From an uncultured Mycoplasma sp. (GTDB lineage Bacteria > Bacillota_I > Bacilli_A > Mycoplasmatales > Mycoplasmoidaceae), in the NCBI GenBank assembly GCA_949285105.1, contig CASDXH010000001.1, positions 14,180 through 78,179 on the forward strand: 64,000 bases of DNA, in the 5' to 3' direction. Under the pieces are notes generated by a model. That model was not told where the DNA came from. It was given only the letters and a program-made list of their open reading frames with translations, and searched no databases. Below are positions 57,588 through 64,000 of the stretch, one piece after another; positions within the stretch are counted from its first letter, which is position 1; every line of letters starts with the position of its first letter. The position numbers were made by a program, and so were the translations under genes.

Positions 57588-60182
57588 CTAAAATTTATTT
57601 TTAATCTTGTTTGTCTTAACTCTATTAAATATAGTCTTACCTAGATATCCACCCAGTCCTAATACTACCAATCCACCTAATATAGCACTTAAAATAACTG
57701 TTAGATCAACAGGCGCTTTATATGAGTTTCTATCTTCTATACTACCTACAGGGAAACCTCTAAGTACAGTAGAGAATTTATTATTAGCCATTGGGATATC
57801 TTGATTAAATTCATCAATAGTAACATATACAGTTAATGTACCAGTATCTGAGTTTTTAACTATTTGTACATTTTGATTTGTAAGATTCATATCTTTAAAG
57901 AAATCTATTTTCTTTAAGTATTGGTTTATTACATCATCAACAGTAATTGATTCAAGTTCTTTTTGTGAAAGAGTTGCATCAACTTCTGAGTTATTTATTC
58001 ATCCAAATTCTTGGAATTGTTCGTTTGTAGCCTTAAACCCAGTAAAAATTCTTGTTTGTATATTTCCTGAATTAACTGCTTTTGCAGTAGCATCATTAAG
58101 AAAAGTAGTTGCTGATCTTTTCTTTACAGTAGTAGTGTTTGATTGAGCTTTAACAATCAAACTACCTGTAGAGTTATCAGAAAAATACGATAATGTAGCA
58201 TTTGCAGGAACTCCGTTCGTGAATGCTGTATTTAAACTATCGTTTGTATATAATAGGTCAACAATTTCACTTGGAGAAAAATCTGCTATAGTTTTGCTTT
58301 GATCATTTGGACTAGTTTTAATGATTGCATTTATATCATTAGCAACTGTCGTGTTGTCTTTTCAGTTAACTGAAACTGAACTATCGATTGATGGAAATTC
58401 AAAAGTTTGAATAATTTGTTTACCATCAACTTTATTTCCACTAGACATATATGATTCTCCATTTCAAGAATCAAATGTTAATGTCATTTTTACATTTTCA
58501 GTAGGACCTGTTGCTCTTTGCCCATTATCATTTACATATTCAAATTGAACTTGTCTATCTTTAGATAAAGCATCGTTTGTGCCATTAACAAATAAGTTAG
58601 ATAAAGATTTTAAATAAGTATTGTTTGTTTTGTTGGCTTCATATAAATCCATTAAGTCCTTTGATGAAGTAAATGCATTTACTTCATTAGGGGCTTTAGC
58701 TGACAATATTAATTGTTTTCCAGCATCTGGATTTACTTTAAATGACCCAGCAGGGAATGTTTGAGATAAAACAGCATCTTTAATAGTCTTACCAGAATAA
58801 ACATCATAGTAGTCATAATGATAAGTGAATATTGCACTACCATCTTTATCATTTGGAGTTACATCAATACTTTTTATATCTGAATCTTTTCTATATTCTT
58901 TTGGTAAGATTTTGTTATCAGTACTATTATCATTAAATTTTCTTACGTCCTTACCAAAATAAGATAATTTAATTAAACTATCCGAAACTTGCGGTTCTCT
59001 TCATTCATTATTATATAAGAAATTTAATAATGAATTACCATTTAGACTTAATTCTTTTAGTTCACTAGGCATTAAGTTAGATAATTTGCTTTCATCATTT
59101 AATAAATATTTAGTAAACGGATTATTAGTACCAGTTTTCGTTATTGTGGCATTTTTTATATTATCAATATTTCCATTGTCTAAGAAAACATTAGTATTTT
59201 GAATTTCACCATTCTTAGAATAGAATCCTCTAAATACTTTTTTAATTTCTATTCACTTAGTTTGAGTATCAGTTTGGTCTTGTCCTTCTATTGCTCCAGA
59301 AGGAAAACTATCACCTATTCAATCTGTTTTTTCTGTATTGTTAAACTTGATTGAAACTTCAAGTAGACCAAATTTATCTCAATTTGTAAAGTTTTCACTA
59401 GAAGATGCATCTTGAGTGAAATTTTTTATTGTAATGTCATAATCATTTGGAACAATATGATTATCATCTTGCTTTATAAAATTGGAAAAAATTGAAGCAG
59501 GCGTTATATTTCCACTATTTGCTTCTAATCTATCATCAAATGTTTTTTTAATGTATGCACCAATAATGTCATCATCATTTCAAGCAAAGTTATATTTTTC
59601 TATAACTGCTAAATCTTTAAAGTTTCCACCAATCGTTCCTCATGCAGATGGTGTTATTGGGACTTTTGAATAATCTTCATAAGTAGATCATGTATAGTCA
59701 ATATCATTGGTACTTGTCGCACCAGGTTTTTTTATTTTAACTTCAACAATAGGTGTGTTTGGATCTAAAACGCCATTTGAATATTTTTTAGCTATTTGTG
59801 TTATTGTAAATCTAACTCCACCACTTCTTCTATCATCATTTGAAATTGGTAGAATTTGAACATTGTAATCAACAACGCCAACAAGGTTTTCCCCGCTTGT
59901 AGTATCATAAGGAATTAATAAAGATTTTATTTGTTCATTTGTTACATTATCAACACGTTGTTTTCCTCATCACTCATTTTTTTGAGCAACATCTTGCTCA
60001 ACAAATTTGAAACCAGCTGTGGCTTCTTGGCCGTCTTGGATTGCTCTAGTTTTGGGATTAGAAATATCATAGCTTAAGTTAGATTGAGTCAAGCTATTAT
60101 TGATAGTTGCAACTGAGGGAATAGTAGCAATTACTGTTAACGAACTTAATCCGATAGTTAATATTTTTAATGTCTTTTTCAT
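57588..60182 (-). CDS. large modular surface protein (864 aa): N-terminal signal peptide, C-terminal TM anchor; paralogous module type
   Basis: Fragments 59970-60182, 58464-58706 and 57588-57890 are in one frame. Both long gaps checked codon by codon: only TGA. N-terminus MKKTLKILTIGLSSLTVIATIPSVA. C-terminus LTVILSAILGGLVVLGLGGYLGKTIFNRVKTNK. Modules ...SDTGTLTVYVTI...LRGFP and ...DNSTGSLIVKA...FTGFK. Confidence 0.85.
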
Positions 60183-60308
60183 GACTCAATCCTCTCATTG
60201 TATATATAAAAATTATAAATTTTATAGAAACCAAAATCAAGTTTTTGAATATGTTTTTTACTTACATGATATAATAATTAATTTATAAAAAATTGGTTTT
60301 CACCAATT

Positions 60309-61476
60309 CTCCATAACTGACATGTGAAGTGCAACAATTTAATGTTGCATTAAACTCTCGACCTTAAAATATAAGTAGAGAGTTTTTTGTTTTAAATATT
60401 TTCTTGGTACAATTGATAAGCTGTTTTATAACCAAACATTTTTCTTGGCATATTATTTAATTTTCATTCAAGAGTTTTAATTTTATCTTCACTTACTAAA
60501 CTAAAATAAGTTCCTTTCTTATATCATCTTCTAACTACACCATTTATGTTTTGTTAGTACTTCTTTGGAATGAAGAATAAAGTTGACAATAATAAACTTT
60601 AAAGTTGAATTGTTTTGCTTTTATACCCATCATTTGAAACTCTAATCCTTTATCAACAGTTATGCTCTTGATTGGTAATTTTCATCGCTAATAATGGTGT
60701 ACATTTTAGCCAGCATTGACCTAGTTTTTTTACCTTTTATTTTTCTAATAATTGCCAACATTGTTTTTCTTTTAACTAATATTAATAAGTGATAGTATCC
60801 ACTCTGTCTTCTACTAACTATTAGATTGGTTTCTCAGTGCCCAAACTCTTTTCTGTTATTTAACTTTTCTGGTCTTAAACTATATGGAATATAGTATTTT
60901 CCATCAATTTTAGAAAATATTCTTATTTTTCTTATTTTTTCTTTAACATATTTTCTTCTTAAACAATCCCTTCTTTGTATCTTTCAAATATTGCTATTTA
61001 TTCATCTAAAAACTTGTTTAGTACTTGAAAATTTAACTAATGGATAATTTTTCTTTATTCAAAAAATTGTAGCTAGAACACCATGGGATTTTGGGTTAAA
61101 TTTTTGAATAAAAATATCAGTAAAGTTTTTATATTTCAACATAGAAAATAAATGACAATTAGATTTTCTTCTAATGTATTTTTTATGAGCAGATGATGAA
61201 TAATAAATTCCAGTTGAAGATGTATTTCTCTTCAACTCTCTAGATATTGTTGATCTATTATTTATTTAAGATTTTTAATATTTTATTCATTGAATATTTT
61301 TCTTTATTTCAAAGTAAATAAATTAAGTGTTTTCTTCTTTTGTTAAATGTTTATAAGTGTTCATAGGTACTCCTAATACTTATTATCTTTTTTATTGGTG
61401 AACACTTACAAATAAAATAAATGAAGTGCACACTCTTTTTGAGTGTTGCACTTCACATGTCAATCCAGCAAAATTC
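60309..61476 (-). mobile_element. decayed IS30-family insertion sequence
   Basis: 18-bp perfect terminal inverted repeat, gacatgtgaagtgcaaca (60319-60336) / tgttgcacttcacatgtc (61444-61461). Flanked by the 13-bp direct repeat gttttcaccaatt (60296-60308 and 61477-61489). The interior encodes an interrupted IS30-type transposase. Confidence 0.8.
60392..61364 (-). pseudogene. IS30-family transposase, disrupted by frameshifts and stop codons
   Basis: MNTYKHLTKEENT*, then a shifted frame LIYLLWNKEKYSMNKILKILNK, then NNRSTISRELKRNTSSTGIYYSSSAHKKY...GHWETNLIVSRRQSGYYHLLILV...SRA*, then a shifted frame ITVDKGLEFQ...YYCQLYSSFQRSTNKT*... and the C-terminal ...KQLINCTKKIF. This order matches an HTH, DDE, C-terminal IS30 layout. 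Confidence 0.75.
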
Positions 61477-61495
61477 GTTTTCACCAATTTTTAAA

Positions 61496-62416
61496 TTATA
61501 TTTCTTCTTCGCTAATATCTATATCTTTGAAGTAGATATCAGTATCAATTTCATAGTCTTCAAATGGAGATATATTGATTTGTTGTCTTTGTCTTTCAAT
61601 CTCTAATGGTTCATCTATGATTAAATTGTTTTCATAGAATTTTTGATAAGTTTCAGTTGATGCTTTATATAGATATTTCATTAAGATTGAAATATATTTA
61701 GGTGATGTTGATTTTTCATTATCAATCATTACCCCATCAACGTGATTTGAATTAACTATTTCTTCAAAGTCCTCACTTAAGAATTCTCCACCAAATAAGA
61801 TAGGAATATTATTTCCAATATAGAAACTATATTCTTCTCTAATAAAGTTTCTTATAGTAGTTATAGCACCAATAACAAATTCAGGAGTAGCACGAACTCC
61901 AACTTCACCTATGAATGTTGGTTTATATACTATAGTTAAATGATTAGCAAATAGTGTTGGATCAATACTATCCAAGTATTTTCTTAATTTTAGTTTTAGT
62001 GATTCTTTAGTTGAATCTTTTAAAAGATCTGTTCTATCTTCACTTAAAACTAAAATTACATTCATTTCATTTTCTAAAAAAGTTTTAACCTTTTTATTAA
62101 TTAAAATATCACTTTCACCAAAAGCTTTACAAACTTCTGGATGACCTACCATAACATTTCTAATATTGTAATCTTTCAGTTCAATTCAAGAAGTATCTCC
62201 TGTATGGTTACCAACTGTAACAATTCCACAGTTTTGAGCAGCAACACCCACTTGTTTATTTCTACTTAGATTCATGGCAGGCAAAATACCAAGTAATGAA
62301 GGAACAACAATTAAATCTACATCTTCATTTGTAGAAACATTGTCAAAGAATTTCTTCATTGAAACATAATCAGCATTAAGTTTTCAATTAGCTATAAGTT
62401 TTTTTCTTCTATCCAT
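61496..62416 (-). CDS. triosephosphate-isomerase-like protein with substituted catalytic Glu and an acidic C-terminal tail (probable pseudoenzyme)
   Basis: ATG at 62416 after AGGAG (MDRRKKLIANWKLNADY...) is in frame through TGA with 61496-62152. TIM landmarks: IANWKLN, AAQN, VGHPE. The YEPxWAIGTG block reads VYKPTFIGEVG and GGASL reads IDNEKS. 306 aa. Confidence 0.7.
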
Positions 62417-62430
62417 AAAATTATTTCTCC

Positions 62431-64000
62431 TTAATTACTATTTAATGAATCTTTTTCTTTTTTAGTTCATAAAGAATTTAATTCAGAATATTTTTCAAGT
62501 TTTTGTTCTGCTTCTCTAATCTTCTTGTTTACTTTAACAGCATTAGCTGCATCATTACCAACAAATTCCATGAAGTTTTTTCTATCTTTTAATTCTTCAA
62601 TTCTCTTCTCATTTCATAAAGAAGTTAAATCATATTCACCTTTAGTACTAATAGTTCCAGAAACATCTGGAATAACCAATACTGTACCATCATCTAAAAC
62701 AACTTCTTCTTCACCAAGATTATTTATTTTTAGATCTTCTTCATCATCTTCAACATCTAAAGTTGGGTAATCTAAGAAACCATCATATTTAACTTTTTCA
62801 ATCATTTGAAGATTTAGTTGTTCTTGCTTATCTAAGTTAATTCCCTCTAAGAATTCACCATCATATGCAATACCAGCAATTGCATTTTCATAACGTTTAT
62901 TATATTTAAGATCATATTTAGATATATTTTTCTTAACTTCTCTCTTCTTGTCTTGAACAATTATTTTTATAGATCTAAATCATTTAGAGTAGTTGTAAAC
63001 AATTTTTCTTGTTAATGGATTTAATTTAAAAGCTTCAGCTTCAAATAGATCATCATAAGATACATCTATTTGAGATTTCATTTCAGCATATTTTCTATTA
63101 GCTTGTTCTAATTCATTCTTAGATTCTTTTACAATGTATAAAGTTTCTTTAAATATTTCATAGTAAGCTATTACTTTTTTAAAGTCTGCTTCATTAAAAG
63201 GACTATCTGGTGATACTTCTTCATCTTCCCCTGGTACTTTAGGAGCAAAGTATTTATTATATACATCATCTACATCAGCTTCTATATTTTCATAGAATTC
63301 AGCTATTTTAAATGCATCATTTGTGTTTAAAATATCAACTTCTGATTTAAATAATCTAGTAAAGAATGAGTATGGAAGAATTTCATCATCCAAAATTTTA
63401 TTAATTTTCTTAATACTCATCTTAGGCATTTTTCTAGAAATAATAGGAGTCAATTCATCTTTTACTTTATTAACTCAATTTGTATTTCTTTTAATTTGAG
63501 TTCTTCATAAGAAACTATCAAAGAATCTATTTGATAGTTTAGTCATCTTTGATAGTTTAATTTCGTCATCAAATAATGTCATGATTGTTCTATTGTAGTT
63601 GTATTTAAATCCTACAAAATCAATGTCATTATATTTAATATATTCTAAAAGAACATCGAACAGTTTCTTTCTGGATTCTGGTGTTGTAAAAAGCTTCTCA
63701 TGCGTTTTAATAATTTCTTTTAAAACAATGTACTGACGTTTTTGATTTACATATTCATCAGTCTTATTAAAGTCATTATATAAAGATAAATTATTTTCTT
63801 CGAATTGTTCAATTAAAGGAGAAGCTAAATTATCTTTCCAAACATTATAGTGATCTTCTAAGCTTTTTTGGATTTCATTTTTGCTAAAGTTTTTAGTAAT
63901 TAATGATCTATAATAAGTTTTTTCATCTAGATTTTCTACACCCAAAGTAACAAGTAATGTTGAATATAATCCAAAAAAGTCACTAGTTAACTTTTTAGAA
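62431..64000 (-). CDS. large uncharacterised acidic protein, C-terminal part (gene continues beyond the right edge)
   Basis: Fragments 63505-63945, 62980-63453 and 62614-62805 share one frame. The frame is still open at 64000. TAA at 62431-62433. No motif I recognise. Confidence 0.6.

Noticed and set aside
1-64000. CRISPR arrays, rRNA and tRNA genes, prophage or restriction-modification/defence cassettes
   Set aside because: I found no regularly spaced direct repeats and no rRNA-like GC-rich conserved blocks. I found no tRNA T-arm consensus (GGTTCGAATCC-type) on either strand. Apart from the orphan PD-(D/E)XK nuclease there are no defence-type domain combinations.

Overview
The window is AT-rich and comes from a Mollicute (Mycoplasma-like) genome that reads TGA as Trp (translation table 4). 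The supplied six-frame track used the standard code, so most real genes appear as several in-frame fragments and about a dozen are missing. I rejoined fragments only where I checked codon by codon that the interruptions are TGA and never TAA or TAG.

Almost everything is on the minus strand; only rpe and rnhC are on plus. Reading right to left on the minus strand:
- a large uncharacterised protein, cut at the right edge, followed by a degenerate triosephosphate-isomerase-like gene;
- a decayed IS30-family element;
- two very large tandem modular surface proteins (864 and 1372 aa);
- cysS, rlmB, a SigH-like sigma factor, an amino-acid permease, rpmG, secE, nusG;
- rpsB, an MBL hydrolase, coaD, ldh, a HAD phosphatase, tsf, pyrH, frr, uppS, cdsA;
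- the complete S10-spc-alpha ribosomal superoperon (rpsJ to rplQ);
- a small accessory patch: a surface protein, rnhC, a DivIVA/acpS/SSB-like operon, a frameshifted DUF31-type peptidase pseudogene and a 570-bp structured non-coding gap;
- a tightly packed operon (hypothetical, pth, tilS, dxr, rseP, polC, ispD);
- a nuclease, rpe, thiI, a DHH phosphoesterase, dnaE, a 5'-3' exonuclease and the start of fpg.

The most unusual observations:
1. Ribosomal proteins S3 and L22 each carry the same roughly 180-aa C-terminal module: a Lys/Pro/Glu linker plus a roughly 124-aa ASCH/PUA-like domain, 96 of 124 residues identical.
2. Many other translation and transcription proteins carry long low-complexity extensions.
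3. rpsK (S11) has an apparent 1-nt frameshift.
4. The TIM-like protein has its catalytic Glu replaced by Lys.
5. The IS30-like element sits in a duplicated terminator hairpin directly upstream of the surface-protein operon.
6. The MEP-pathway genes dxr and ispD are present.

I found no rRNA, tRNA or CRISPR array.
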